A stretch of 64,000 nucleotides of DNA from Chloroflexota bacterium (GTDB lineage Bacteria; Chloroflexota; Anaerolineae; Promineifilales; Promineifilaceae). Made by a program: the position numbers and the translations under genes. Under the pieces are notes generated by a model, which did not search any database, had not been told where the DNA came from, and worked only from the letters and a program-made list of their open reading frames with translations. Of this stretch, positions 19,326 through 30,120 are shown in pieces. The stretch is taken from assembly GCA_020629055.1 (NCBI GenBank), contig JAHDEB010000006.1, forward strand, positions 11,612 through 75,611, read 5' to 3'. How positions within the stretch are numbered: position 1 is the first letter of the stretch; each line of letters starts with the position of its first letter.

Positions 19326-20445
19326 TATTATCATCCCGGCTTATAATCAAGGTGATTATTTGAAAGAGTCGGTAGAGAGTGCGTTAGCCCAAACTTGGGA
19401 AAATTTAGAAATCATCATTATTGATGATGGTTCTACGGACGATACCGCCGAGGTGGGCCGTAGTTTTGCTGACCCTCGCGTCACGTATATCTACCAAGAC
19501 AATAAGGGCCTTTCGGGCGCACGTAATACCGGGCTGGAGCATTCAACCGGAGAGTATGTATCTTTTTTAGATTCAGATGATCTGTTTTTTCCAACAAAAA
19601 TCCAGAATCTATTGAATTTGTTTGATCAGAACCCAGAAATCGGATTGGCGGCCGGTGATTCAACTTTAATTGATGATCATGGCCAGCCGATTGGAAAAAC
19701 CTATGGCGATGGTTTGCCCAATAACCCGACCGGTTGGCTGCAGGGAAACCGATTTCATGTAGGTGCAGTGCTCGTAAAAAAAGAGTGGCTAGATAAAGTC
19801 GAGCCTTTTGATGAGTCTTTGCGCGCTTGTGAAGATTGGGACATGTGGCTAAGGCTGAGTATTGCAGGATGCAAAATGGCTTGGCTGCCAGAAATGGTGT
19901 CGATGTACAGGGTGCATGGGCAGCAAATGACACGTGAGACGATGCGGATGAAATCGGCGATGTTTTCCGTTTTAGATAAAACGTTTAATCGTGATGATTT
20001 GGGCGAATCTTGGCGAGCTGAGGAGGCAAAAGCGAGATCCTCGGCGTTGATCAAGGCGGCCGCTCGTGCATTTTTATCTGGCGACAAAGTGCAGGCTGGT
20101 GAAGATTTTGCTGAAGCTGTGAGAATTAATCCGCAATTGGCAAATGGGCAAGCCGATCAGATTGTCCAAACTTTTTTGGGTTGGGCCCATGCACCTTCTT
20201 CGACAGATCCATATCAATATATGGTTGACGTTTTTGACCAAATGCCGGCCGATTTAAATATTTCGGCCGAGAAGAAACAGGCCTTGCTCGGCGATTTGGC
20301 CGTTAACCTCGCGTTTGAAAATTTCGCGAAAGGCGAAAAAAGCAAAACAAAAAAGTATGTTCACGAGACCGCAAAAATCGCTCCAACTCGCTTAATTAAT
20401 CGAAAACTATGTGGCATCTACTTTAGATCGCTTCTATCAGGATAA
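19306..20445 (+). CDS. GT2 glycosyltransferase with a C-terminal helical domain
   Basis: DIIIPAYNQGDYL, IIDDGSTDDT, LDSDD and CEDWDMWLR. Overlaps the end of wzt by 20 nt. Confidence 0.8.
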   Translation: MSSPKVDIIIPAYNQGDYLKESVESALAQTWENLEIIIIDDGSTDDTAEVGRSFADPRVTYIYQDNKGLSGARNTGLEHSTGEYVSFLDSDDLFFPTKIQNLLNLFDQNPEIGLAAGDSTLIDDHGQPIGKTYGDGLPNNPTGWLQGNRFHVGAVLVKKEWLDKVEPFDESLRACEDWDMWLRLSIAGCKMAWLPEMVSMYRVHGQQMTRETMRMKSAMFSVLDKTFNRDDLGESWRAEEAKARSSALIKAAARAFLSGDKVQAGEDFAEAVRINPQLANGQADQIVQTFLGWAHAPSSTDPYQYMVDVFDQMPADLNISAEKKQALLGDLAVNLAFENFAKGEKSKTKKYVHETAKIAPTRLINRKLCGIYFRSLLSG

Positions 20446-20454
20446 CCTTTTAGC

Positions 20455-21456
20455 ATGAAAATAGGCATCGCAATCGAAGACACTTGGGATTTTTTCCACG
20501 AAATATATGCGGAGTTCCAGGCTCATCACGACGTCACACTATTTGAACGAAGATCGACCCGATCTCCGGTATTTTATACACGCATCAATCGCTACCTTTT
20601 TAACCAAGACATGGGCCAACTGCTTCGGTCAAATGATTTGGTGTTCTTCGAGTGGTCAAGCCACCTGTTGGCTGCGGCTTCCCATATGCCCAAAACGTGC
20701 AAGATTGTCACCCGATTGCACCGCTTTGAACTTAATGAATGGGCGGACAAGGTCAATTGGGACAATGTTGATCTCATGATTGTTGTCTGCGAGCAAAAAA
20801 AGCGAGAAGTTCTAGCCCGCTTCCCACAATTGACTGAAAAAATTGAAGTCGTTTATGGTGCAGTAGACCCAAAAAAGTTCACACCAGTCGATAAGCCGTA
20901 TGCCGGGGATATCGGGATTTTATGCCATTTAACCCCACGTAAGCGGGTTTATGATTTGATTTTGGCATTTTACAATTTGTTAAAAGTTGATCCAAATTTC
21001 AAGCTGCATATAGGCGGCGGTATGCATGTGGCCTATCGTGATTATCATGAAGCAATGGTCGACACCGTAGAGCGCTTAGGTTTGTCTGATGACGTTATTT
21101 TTTATGGTCATGTTGATAACGCAGAAGAATGGCTCAATAACATGGATGTAATCATCTCTAATGGATATTCGGAAGGTCTTCAAGTTTCTGCGCTAGAAGC
21201 GATGTCCTCCGGCCGCCATGTGCTTTCTCACTTTTGGCCAGGTGCAGAAGAGATGTTGCCATTGAGCCATCTGTATTTTACCGATGATCAATTGATCGAG
21301 AAGCTTGTTGAGTATGCTCAAACAACTGCTGATCAGAAAAAAGAAAAGTCGGCCGAGATGAGACAAACAGTGGTTGAAAAATTTAATATCGACGTCGCCC
21401 GCAAAGATATTCGCAAATTGGTTGAATCCATTGGTGCAGGAACATACAGGGCTTAG
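20455..21456 (+). CDS. GT4-like (GT-B fold) glycosyltransferase
   Basis: C-terminal GT-B motif SEGLQVSALEAMSSGRHVLS. The size and layout are typical of GT4. Confidence 0.65.
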   Translation: MKIGIAIEDTWDFFHEIYAEFQAHHDVTLFERRSTRSPVFYTRINRYLFNQDMGQLLRSNDLVFFEWSSHLLAAASHMPKTCKIVTRLHRFELNEWADKVNWDNVDLMIVVCEQKKREVLARFPQLTEKIEVVYGAVDPKKFTPVDKPYAGDIGILCHLTPRKRVYDLILAFYNLLKVDPNFKLHIGGGMHVAYRDYHEAMVDTVERLGLSDDVIFYGHVDNAEEWLNNMDVIISNGYSEGLQVSALEAMSSGRHVLSHFWPGAEEMLPLSHLYFTDDQLIEKLVEYAQTTADQKKEKSAEMRQTVVEKFNIDVARKDIRKLVESIGAGTYRA

Positions 21457-21462
21457 ATTTAC

Positions 21463-22701
21463 ATGAAGATTGGATATTTGTGGCAAACTGAAGAAGCCAA
21501 CCTCAAAGAAACAACCACTTCTGCACTGCATATCAGCGCGGTGATTTTTGGGTTCCAAAAACGGGGCCGAGAGGTCCGGTTTGTAACGACCCAAGAGGGT
21601 GTTTTGAGCCAATCTGATAATTGGACCGACTGGACCTCGATCCCACTCGGTTTTTTCAAGACGAAATTCTACAAACTAATTCGTAGCGGGGTCGGGTTTG
21701 TACAGTCGAAGTTGAAGCTACCCTACTTTCATTTCTTTGAAAGCATGCGTTATGGCCATGCTGTTGCAACAGCATGCAAAGACTACGATGTACTTTATGA
21801 ACGCTATTGGCTGTTAAATTATGGCGGCTTAATTGCTGCGAAACGACTCGGCATTCCTCTTATTCTTGAAATCAATGGAGATTTGTTTCAAGAATATGAC
21901 ATGATGGGGATCGAGCTATCAAAATGGCAATGGCGCGTTGTTCGTCGTATTAATCGAATGCTTTTTCATCGGGCAGACCATGTCGTAACTGTTAGCGAGC
22001 CATTGCGTCAAAAGATGTTAGAGATGTGGGATTTGCCAGAAGATAAGGTAACCGCCATCGACAACGGTGCTCATGTTGAAGATTTTGCGGCCGAACATGA
22101 TATTTCTGCTTTACAGGCCAAATACAATTTGAACGGAGAGCCAACGGCTGTTTTCGTCGGAACATTTCGATTGTGGCACGGCCTTGATCTTGTCATCGAG
22201 GCATTTCGTAGAGTCTCCCAGAAAAACCCAAACTTTAGACTGCTTTTAATAGGGGATGGCCCCCAATATGACGAAATTCAGCGTCTTGTAAATGACTACG
22301 GCATAGCTGACAAAGTTGTATTTACCGGTAAAGTCGCTCATGCAGAAGTTGCACCGCTGATGAAGCTTGCCCAAGTAGCCTTGGTTAACCCACGTCTCTC
22401 ACCAGCTTCAGCGGCCCAGAGCCCATTAAAATTATTCGAGTACATGGCAGGCGCTAAAGCGGTCATTGCTCCTGATGTCCCTAATATTCAGAGAATTGTC
22501 ACGGATGGTGTAAATGGCTTGCTCATTCCACCCAATGATGCTGATTTACTAGCTGACGCGATGCTTCGGCTATTATCAGATCTTGAGTTTAGCGAAAAGA
22601 TAGGAACAATGGCCCAAAACAAAGCTCTGGCTGAATTTTCATGGGATACAACTGTTGAGCGAATTGAAGTCATTATGAAACGGCTCATTGAAACAAAATA
22701 A
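21463..22701 (+). CDS. GT4 glycosyltransferase
   Basis: VGTFRLWHGLD, LIGDGP, SPLKLFEYMAGAKAVIAPD and NGLLIPPND. Confidence 0.75.
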   Translation: MKIGYLWQTEEANLKETTTSALHISAVIFGFQKRGREVRFVTTQEGVLSQSDNWTDWTSIPLGFFKTKFYKLIRSGVGFVQSKLKLPYFHFFESMRYGHAVATACKDYDVLYERYWLLNYGGLIAAKRLGIPLILEINGDLFQEYDMMGIELSKWQWRVVRRINRMLFHRADHVVTVSEPLRQKMLEMWDLPEDKVTAIDNGAHVEDFAAEHDISALQAKYNLNGEPTAVFVGTFRLWHGLDLVIEAFRRVSQKNPNFRLLLIGDGPQYDEIQRLVNDYGIADKVVFTGKVAHAEVAPLMKLAQVALVNPRLSPASAAQSPLKLFEYMAGAKAVIAPDVPNIQRIVTDGVNGLLIPPNDADLLADAMLRLLSDLEFSEKIGTMAQNKALAEFSWDTTVERIEVIMKRLIETK

Positions 22702-22740
22702 AACCGAGCGAATAGAGTTATCGGTTTAAACACAAACATT

Positions 22741-23994
22741 ATGCGTATTTTACTTATTTCTTCATATTATCCTCCACATTTTATTGGTGGGTGGGAACAA
22801 ATGGTTCGTGACTGTAGTATCTTGTTCGAAGAGCGAGGACACGTTACCCACGTCTTAACCAGCACGCACGGTGTTGATGAACCGATTGAAGAGGGAAATG
22901 TCTCTCGCGTCTTGCACCCTGATAGCGACGTATTCCATTATGATCCGATTCGCGAGTTGCGTCATAAGCAAATGCTCGATGAGAATTTAAAGAATACGGA
23001 ACGGGTGATCAACGAGTTCAAACCTGACATCGTCTATGTGCATTTAATGTATAACATGTCTCGGGGAGTTCCTTGGATTGCAGAGCAGCTAATGCCCGGC
23101 CGCGTGGCGTATTGGATCGCAAATGATTGGCCCTATGCACCTGACCCGCATACGGCATACTGGCGAGACCCAGCCGGTAATCCGGTAAAACGGGCTCTTA
23201 AATCCCTCGTGGGGCAAATCCCAATCGCTGCCATTAAGCGCGAGCACGATCGTTTTAAACTGCGTTTTAAGCATGTGATGTGTGTCAGTGAAGCGGTTAT
23301 GAACAGCCTGAACAAAGAAGCCGGCATTCCCTATGATTCACTTTGCGTATTAAACAATGGTGTAGAGACAGAACTGTTTAAACCCGTTGATAACAGTAGC
23401 TATCCTGAAGATGAGCTGAGGGTGCTTTACGCAGGATCTGTGAACGAACATAAAGGCGTTCATACCATTCTAGAAGCCCTTCATTACTTAGATGAACAAG
23501 GCAAAGTTGATAAAATTAGCCTGACAATCGTAGGGGATGGCCATCCTGATTACGCAGTTAAATTGAAAAAATATGTCGCTGAGCAGCGGTTGGAAGATAA
23601 AGTGACTTTTTATGGGCGTGTACCCAGAGCGAAAATGCATGAAGTTATTCGAGACTTCAACCTGTTAGTTTTCCCATCGATCTGGGAAGAGCCATTGGCA
23701 CGCATGATGCAAGAAGGGATGTCTGCTGGTTTGACCGTGCTTGGGACTTTGACTGGGGGAAGTGGCGAATTACTAGTTGAAGGAGAGACTGGGCTTACTT
23801 TTGACAAAGAAAATAGTGTTCAATTAGCCAATCGACTGCTAGAGCTGCAAGCGGACCCAGCGTTGCGACAACGGTTGGCGGACAATGGCCGGGCTGAGAT
23901 TTTAAAAAGATTTAGCATGGAAAGAATGATGGACGAGATGGAAGAGCGTCTGACAAAAATTCTAGACGAGCAACCGACCCCATTGTCTAGCTAA
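22741..23994 (+). CDS. GT4 glycosyltransferase (tandem paralog 1)
   Basis: MRILLISSYYPPHFIGGWE, IVGDGHPDY, FPSIWEEPLARMMQEGMSAGLTVLGT (ExxxxxxxE) and TGLTF. Confidence 0.75.
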   Translation: MRILLISSYYPPHFIGGWEQMVRDCSILFEERGHVTHVLTSTHGVDEPIEEGNVSRVLHPDSDVFHYDPIRELRHKQMLDENLKNTERVINEFKPDIVYVHLMYNMSRGVPWIAEQLMPGRVAYWIANDWPYAPDPHTAYWRDPAGNPVKRALKSLVGQIPIAAIKREHDRFKLRFKHVMCVSEAVMNSLNKEAGIPYDSLCVLNNGVETELFKPVDNSSYPEDELRVLYAGSVNEHKGVHTILEALHYLDEQGKVDKISLTIVGDGHPDYAVKLKKYVAEQRLEDKVTFYGRVPRAKMHEVIRDFNLLVFPSIWEEPLARMMQEGMSAGLTVLGTLTGGSGELLVEGETGLTFDKENSVQLANRLLELQADPALRQRLADNGRAEILKRFSMERMMDEMEERLTKILDEQPTPLSS

Positions 23995-23996
23995 AA

Positions 23997-25238
23997 ATGC
24001 GCGTACTTTTTATCTCTAACTTTTTTCCTCCATTGCACCGTGGTGGGTATGAAGAATGGTGTCAAGAAATCGCACTCAGATTTCTTGATGCTGGGCATCC
24101 GGTCCGAGTGTTAACCAGCCGATATCAGGCTGATCAGAATCCCAACGATCCGCCATATGTTTATCGTCAACTTAACTTAGAGATGGAAATCGCTAGTTTG
24201 TCGAACGGGCTAAAATTTTTTACGCACAGAAAAAAACGGATTCGTCAATCAATTAAGACCCTTGAAAATCATATTTCTGAATTTAATCCTGATGCGATTT
24301 TGTGCTGGGGGATGTGGAACTTTCCCTTCGAGATTCCGGCCGCGGCCGAGCACCTTCTGCCAGGGAAGGTCGGCTATTATTTAGGCGATTATTGGCCTAC
24401 GCTCCCACCGCAATTCAAAAATTATTGGGAAGCTGAACCAAGTGGCTCGTTAACAGCTTTGCCAAAAAAAATCTTAGCGATTCCTGCTACGATGATCCTT
24501 AATCGAGAAACTAGACCGGAGCTAAAGCTAGAGCATGGATTTTTCTGTTCACAATACATGCTTCAAGAAATGAAAGCTCAGGGGGTGAACTTTTCTAATA
24601 GTCATTTAGTTTATGGGGCGATTGACACAAGACCGTATGCTCAATCTTTGGCTAATGGTGGTCCGAAACGCGCAGAAGGCACCTTGCAACTTCTTTCTGT
24701 TGGCCGACTCATTGATGATAAAGGCCATCTGACCATCCTGAAAGCATTAAAGATCTTAGTTGATAGATATGGATGTGAACATTTCCACCTGAAAGTAGTA
24801 GGGGATGGCCCGCCGGAGTATCTTGCTCTGCTTCACTCTTATTCAGCACAGGAAAATCTGGATAAATTTGTCACATTTGCAGGCAGCGTGCCTAAAAGCG
24901 ATATTCCGCAAATCTTTAACGAATCAGATATTTTTGTGTTTGCTTCAAAATGGCCTGAACCATTTGGTCGGGTTATAGTCGAAGCGATGGCGTCCGGTGT
25001 GGCTGTTGTTGCGGCCGAAGTTGGCGGCGCTGCTGAAATTGTTGAAAACGAATACAACGCACTTACTTTTAATGCAGACGATGCGCATACATTGGCAAGT
25101 CACCTCAACACCTTGATAGGTGATGCTGCGATTCGTCAAACCTTAATTGAAAATGGATATACATCAGCTCAAAAGTTTGATGTAGACCGGATGGCGGCCG
25201 AGCTGATTACAGCTCTATTATCGCTCCAAATTGACTAA
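23997..25238 (+). CDS. GT4 glycosyltransferase (tandem paralog 2)
   Basis: MRVLFISNFFPPLHRGGYE, VVGDGPPEY and FASKWPEPFGRVIVEAMASGVAVVAA. Collinear similarity to the upstream protein. Confidence 0.75.
   Translation: MRVLFISNFFPPLHRGGYEEWCQEIALRFLDAGHPVRVLTSRYQADQNPNDPPYVYRQLNLEMEIASLSNGLKFFTHRKKRIRQSIKTLENHISEFNPDAILCWGMWNFPFEIPAAAEHLLPGKVGYYLGDYWPTLPPQFKNYWEAEPSGSLTALPKKILAIPATMILNRETRPELKLEHGFFCSQYMLQEMKAQGVNFSNSHLVYGAIDTRPYAQSLANGGPKRAEGTLQLLSVGRLIDDKGHLTILKALKILVDRYGCEHFHLKVVGDGPPEYLALLHSYSAQENLDKFVTFAGSVPKSDIPQIFNESDIFVFASKWPEPFGRVIVEAMASGVAVVAAEVGGAAEIVENEYNALTFNADDAHTLASHLNTLIGDAAIRQTLIENGYTSAQKFDVDRMAAELITALLSLQID
24337..24348. repeat. Tandem pair of the iterated palindrome CGGCCG (example of about 90 copies in the window)
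   Basis: CGGCCGCGGCCG read directly at 24337-24348. Other exact copies include 574-579, 692-697, 8854-8859 (within ATCGGCCGAT), 53282-53287 and 53302-53307. Confidence 0.9.
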
Positions 25239-25243
25239 GCTTA

Positions 25244-26416
25244 ATGAAAATTTTGTTTCTATCAGCATGGTTTCCATACCCTGCAAACAACGGCTCTAAG
25301 CTTCGCATTTTTAATCTATTGCGGGGTTTATCACAAACGCATGAAGTAATTCTGATTAGCTTTTCAGATCAACCGGACCCAGATACAACAGAATTAAACA
25401 AAATTTGCTCAGCCGTCCATATTGTTCCTTGGGAAGAGAAACAGCTTTCGAGCGTTAATAAATTGATTGCGCGATTTTCTTCGACTCCCATTTCTTTTTT
25501 GCAGACCCATTCACAGCAAATGGTCGATCAGATTGCGAACGCTTTAGGCCATCATGAGATTGACCTTGTGATCGCTTCCCAAATAAAAACCGCTTCTTAT
25601 GGAAAATATTTTCGAGGGTTGCCAGCGTTGTTTGAAGAAATTGAGCTGGGTGTAATGTATGGCGAATATGTGGATGCAAAATCGTGGTTCAACCGTATTA
25701 GATATGGGCTGACTTGGTTCAAGCACAAGCGTTTTCTAAAAGAACTGATGAAAAGCTACGATTTTTGCTCTTTTGCATCGACAGAAGAGAAACAGCTATT
25801 TCACACACACGTTCCTTGGCCCGATGTAAAATCTAAAGTAATACCCAATGGGGTAGATGTAAATCAATATGTTTCGTATCATGACGAAGTAAAACCAAAT
25901 AGCCTGATTTATACCGGCGCATTTGGCTTTTATTCCAATTATGAAGCAATGGTTTGGTTTGTGGGTGAAGTGTTGCCGTTAATTCAGCAGCAGATACCTG
26001 ATGTGACATTAATCATTACGGGTGACCATAAGAATCTACCTTTGCCACGCAACTCGGCAGTAACGCAAACCGGATTTGTTGAGGATATAAGGCCTTTGGT
26101 CGCAAAAACCCAGGTCAGTATTGCGCCTTTGTTAACAGGTGGCGGTACAAGATTAAAAATTTTAGAGGCGATGGCTTTAAAAACTGCCGTTGTGGCAACC
26201 TCGAAAGGTGCACAAGGCTTAGATGCGGAATCAGGGCTCCAGTGCCTTATTGCCGATTCGCCAGCGGAATTTTCGGCCGCAGTTGTTAAACTGTTAAAGG
26301 ATGACGAGCAGCGTAGGCTTTTAGAGGAAAATGGCTTTCGTTTAGCTAAATCTACTTATGATTGGTCCGCTATCCTTCCAAAGTTTGAAGAAATAATTCA
26401 ATGTATAACCAAATAA
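25244..26416 (+). CDS. GT4 glycosyltransferase
   Basis: MKILFLSAWFPYPANNGSKLR, ITGDH and GGGTRLKILEAMALKTAVVAT. Confidence 0.75.
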   Translation: MKILFLSAWFPYPANNGSKLRIFNLLRGLSQTHEVILISFSDQPDPDTTELNKICSAVHIVPWEEKQLSSVNKLIARFSSTPISFLQTHSQQMVDQIANALGHHEIDLVIASQIKTASYGKYFRGLPALFEEIELGVMYGEYVDAKSWFNRIRYGLTWFKHKRFLKELMKSYDFCSFASTEEKQLFHTHVPWPDVKSKVIPNGVDVNQYVSYHDEVKPNSLIYTGAFGFYSNYEAMVWFVGEVLPLIQQQIPDVTLIITGDHKNLPLPRNSAVTQTGFVEDIRPLVAKTQVSIAPLLTGGGTRLKILEAMALKTAVVATSKGAQGLDAESGLQCLIADSPAEFSAAVVKLLKDDEQRRLLEENGFRLAKSTYDWSAILPKFEEIIQCITK

Positions 26417-27867
26417 ACAATTCAGAGAAATTCGGTCAACAATTCAAGCAGTTTGTGTCTGATCTTGTGATTCAATACCGAGGTTTCTTTATCCGCTTTA
26501 GTTTTGCGGTTTTAGCATTGTTTCTTTCGATATTTGTGCCCTATTTGATTTCAACCGATATCCAATACGCATTTATATTTATCCTGATACCCTTTGCCAT
26601 TGTCGGTGTGAGTTATGCAACACAATGGAATGGGGCAGGGATGGGTTTGATCTTAGCTGCTTCTCTTTTTGTTGGATTTGAGATCGGTACAGGGACTGAG
26701 TCAACTGTTAATGCTGGCATGCTCACACTGATCGGCATGATTGGGCTTTGGGCATTCAGATTAATCGGCAACAAAGAAGATCTAAAAGTTGTCAGTTCTG
26801 AGACATTTATACCCCTGCTTCTGTTTCTCATATTTAGTTTTGTATCCTTTTTGGTGGGGCAGATCGCTTGGTATTCCTTCGCAGAAGAAACCTCGATCTC
26901 AGCTCAATTAGGCGGGTTAGGTGTCTTTTTCCTCTCTGTCTTTTCATTTTGGATTGTGTCTAATCAAGTGGATGAGTCAAGATGGTTGAAATTTAGCTTG
27001 ATAATATTAATATCTGCTGCATTTATTTATTTTGTAAGCCGGGTTGTTCCAGGTGACCTTGGCCGAGTCATCGGTTTGCTTATTCCGCGAGGGGCTTCAG
27101 GTAGCATGTTGTTTCTTTGGGCTGGCTGCATGGCCTTAGCTCAAGGAATCCAAAATAAGGAGATGCATCCTGTTCTGCGGGGATTTTGTTTATTTGTCCC
27201 TGTATTTGCTATTTATGTCGCATTTTTCATTTTGCGTGGATGGGTTTCTGGATACCTCCCTTTGTTTGCGGCCATTTTGGTTGTTTTGCTGCTCACATAT
27301 CCAAAGCAAGGGATTCTAATATCGTTGATTATGGTTGCCGCTCTAGCTTCTCAAGTGCAATCAATCATCCAAGAATATGTTTTTATCGGTGATAACTCTT
27401 ACAGCTTAGGTACTCGTTTAGATGCTTGGGCGATTTTAGGGGAGATTACGAGTATTAGCCCTCTGTTTGGTCTAGGTCCTGCAAATTACTACAACATCAC
27501 TCCGCTGTTTCCGATTCGAGGCTATGCCGTCCAGTTTAATTCTCATAGTCAGTATGTAGACCTTTACGCCCAAACAGGGATTATTGGTCTTGTACTATTT
27601 TTATGGATTTTTTGGCGAGTTGGGAAACTTGGATGGAGATTAAATACAAGAATAGAAGAAAATAATTTTGAAAAAGCGTATGTTGTTGGCGCCCTTGGTG
27701 GGATCGTTGGGACTTTAGTCGCGGCTGGTTTAGGGGATTGGGTTATTCCATTCGTCTATAATATCGGGTTTAGCGGTTTTCGATCAAGCATCATTAGTTG
27801 GCTATGTATGGGGGGTATTGTGGCGGTAGAACGCATTATTAATAAGAGGCAGAGTCAAACGACTTAA
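26401..27867 (+). CDS. O-antigen ligase/polymerase family (Wzy_C) membrane protein
   Basis: About 11-12 hydrophobic segments. Wzy_C loop motif FNSHSQYVDLYAQTGIIGLVLF. 16-nt overlap with the upstream gene. Confidence 0.7.
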   Translation: MYNQINNSEKFGQQFKQFVSDLVIQYRGFFIRFSFAVLALFLSIFVPYLISTDIQYAFIFILIPFAIVGVSYATQWNGAGMGLILAASLFVGFEIGTGTESTVNAGMLTLIGMIGLWAFRLIGNKEDLKVVSSETFIPLLLFLIFSFVSFLVGQIAWYSFAEETSISAQLGGLGVFFLSVFSFWIVSNQVDESRWLKFSLIILISAAFIYFVSRVVPGDLGRVIGLLIPRGASGSMLFLWAGCMALAQGIQNKEMHPVLRGFCLFVPVFAIYVAFFILRGWVSGYLPLFAAILVVLLLTYPKQGILISLIMVAALASQVQSIIQEYVFIGDNSYSLGTRLDAWAILGEITSISPLFGLGPANYYNITPLFPIRGYAVQFNSHSQYVDLYAQTGIIGLVLFLWIFWRVGKLGWRLNTRIEENNFEKAYVVGALGGIVGTLVAAGLGDWVIPFVYNIGFSGFRSSIISWLCMGGIVAVERIINKRQSQTT

Positions 27868-27976
27868 GTTTAAAGCGAGCCGCTTAAAAAAAAGGTTATT
27901 TGATCAGGCTGTGAATTTCAACACAGCGGATGTCGGTTGCATATAAGAGTCGAACAGTCTCGTGGTAGTGAAAAAT

Positions 27977-28909
27977 ATGAAAGTATCTATTGTTATTGTT
28001 AGTTGGAACACAAAAAAAATTCTTGCGGAATGCTTGAATTCATTAAAACCTTTCTTCGACTCTTCTAACGCAATCGAACAGCAATCTGAGGTGATCGTTG
28101 TTGATAACGATTCATCGGATGGCACGATTTCGCTATTACAGCAAGAGTTTGAATGGGTTACCCTTCTTGACACAGGTGAAAACCTTGGATTTCCAGGTGG
28201 GAACAACCGTGGCTTCGCAGTCAGTCAAGGGGAATATATTCTTCTTTTAAATCCTGATACGCTTGTGCATGATGATGCAATCGAACAACTGATTCAATAT
28301 CTAGATGAGAATCCTGATGTAGGTGCGGTCGGCTCTCGATTGCTTAACACCGATGGTTCACTGCAGGAATCATGCTACCCCCGGCCGACAATTGGTAGGG
28401 AGTTATGGCGGTTGTTTCATTTAGATCGAATTAAACCAATAGGCATCTACGATATGGATTCATGGTCGCTAGTTGACACAAGAGAAGTTGAAGTGTTAAT
28501 GGGGGCTTGTATTCTTGCACGCAGATCGATTATCGAAACGGTTGGCGGCATGGATGAAGACTATTTTATGTATTCCGAAGAAGTAGACTTGTGTTATCGC
28601 ATTCAAAAAGCTGATTGGAAAATCGTTTGGCTTCCGAAGGCAAAAATCACCCATTATGGTGGTCAAAGTACAGATTTGGTTAAAACTGAAATGTTCTTAA
28701 GGTTATATGAAAGTAAATTGCTCTACTTTAGTAAAAACCATGGTCGAACTGCCGCATCCATATACAAGCTAATTTTATATATTGCATCAGTCCCACGCCT
28801 CTGTTTGTATCCGCTCTCGCAGATACAAAGATCACACACCAACCGTGACAAAATGCTAGTTCTAGCATCACAATACCGACAACTTATTCAAAAGCTGCCA
28901 AGCATGTAA
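27977..28909 (+). CDS. GT2 glycosyltransferase (WbbL/rhamnosyltransferase-like)
   Basis: MKVSIVIVSWNT, VVDNDSSDGT, GFPGGNNRG, LLNPDT and MYSEEVDLCYR. The ATG at 27977 is preferred to the GTG at 27962. Confidence 0.8.
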   Translation: MKVSIVIVSWNTKKILAECLNSLKPFFDSSNAIEQQSEVIVVDNDSSDGTISLLQQEFEWVTLLDTGENLGFPGGNNRGFAVSQGEYILLLNPDTLVHDDAIEQLIQYLDENPDVGAVGSRLLNTDGSLQESCYPRPTIGRELWRLFHLDRIKPIGIYDMDSWSLVDTREVEVLMGACILARRSIIETVGGMDEDYFMYSEEVDLCYRIQKADWKIVWLPKAKITHYGGQSTDLVKTEMFLRLYESKLLYFSKNHGRTAASIYKLILYIASVPRLCLYPLSQIQRSHTNRDKMLVLASQYRQLIQKLPSM

Positions 28910-28911
28910 TT

Positions 28912-30120
28912 ATGCGCATTCTGTTTTTATCTCAACTCGTACCGTACCCAGCAGATGCAGGACCAAAAGTTAGGAGCTTACACGTCCTCGAATATTTAGC
29001 GTCAGCAGGACATGACATAACACTCGTTGCTTTCTGTCGCCCAACCGACACACAGCAAGCTATAGATCACCTAGCCACATTCTGTGATGAAGTGTATACA
29101 GTTCCTATTCATCGCTCTACATTTCAAAACGTTAAATATTTTGTTAAAAGTGTTATTCAGCGTTCACCTTTTCTAATTGCCAGAGACTTTGATCAAAATA
29201 TGTTTGATCTTCTTCGGTCTCTAGTTAATTCGAATGACTATGATGCAGTGCATGCCGACCAACTTTGGATGGCCCCTTATGCGCTTGCAACACAGAAATA
29301 CTCTGATAAGAAGTTAAAGCTAGTTCTTGACCAACACAATGCCGTCTATCTTGTTCCCGAAAGAATGGGGAAAAATTCAGCAAACCCCCTCAAAAAGATG
29401 GTGCTGGATATGGAAGGTGAGAAGTTGGCTGAATATGAAATAAGTATTTGCGCCCAATTTGATCAAGTTGTGTGGGTTACGGATGAAGATCGCGCCGCAC
29501 TAGCCCGTATTCCCAATGGTCAGGCTGATCTTATCAGTGGGCCAACTATTCCGATTTGTGTTGACCCAGACTCAAAGTTGCCGGTGAAGCGCAACCCCGA
29601 TAGTAAACGTGTTACGTTCTTGGGCGGTCTGCATTGGCCACCAAATGCTGAAGGGTTAGTGTGGTTCTATAGAGAGGTTTGGCCACAAATCGTTGCAGAG
29701 GTTCCAGATGCTGTTTTAACAGTGATCGGTAAAAACCCACCAGCTGAGTTGGCAGAAGGGGCTGATCATCCAAATTTAGATATTTTGGGATTTGTAGATG
29801 AGCTAGATCCTTATCTTGAAGACACCGCTGTTTTTATTGTTCCGCTTCATTCTGGAGGCGGAATGCGCGTAAAAATTGTTGATGGTTGGTCATGGGGGCT
29901 CCCGATCATATCGACCACGATTGGCGCAGAAGGAATAAAGTACTCTGATCAGACCAACATTGTTATTTCAGATACAGAAGATGAATTTGCTCGTAATACT
30001 ATTGAGTTGCTGATGGATGAAGAAAAAGCGGCACGTATTGCGGCTGAAGGGCGTAAGAATGTGGAGACTAATTTTAATTGGCACATAACTTACAAGGCTT
30101 GGGACCAGATTTATGGTTAA
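28912..30120 (+). CDS. GT4 glycosyltransferase
   Basis: MRILFLSQLVPYPADAGPKVR, VIGKNPP and GGGMRVKIVDGWSWGLPIIST. Confidence 0.7.
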   Translation: MRILFLSQLVPYPADAGPKVRSLHVLEYLASAGHDITLVAFCRPTDTQQAIDHLATFCDEVYTVPIHRSTFQNVKYFVKSVIQRSPFLIARDFDQNMFDLLRSLVNSNDYDAVHADQLWMAPYALATQKYSDKKLKLVLDQHNAVYLVPERMGKNSANPLKKMVLDMEGEKLAEYEISICAQFDQVVWVTDEDRAALARIPNGQADLISGPTIPICVDPDSKLPVKRNPDSKRVTFLGGLHWPPNAEGLVWFYREVWPQIVAEVPDAVLTVIGKNPPAELAEGADHPNLDILGFVDELDPYLEDTAVFIVPLHSGGGMRVKIVDGWSWGLPIISTTIGAEGIKYSDQTNIVISDTEDEFARNTIELLMDEEKAARIAAEGRKNVETNFNWHITYKAWDQIYG

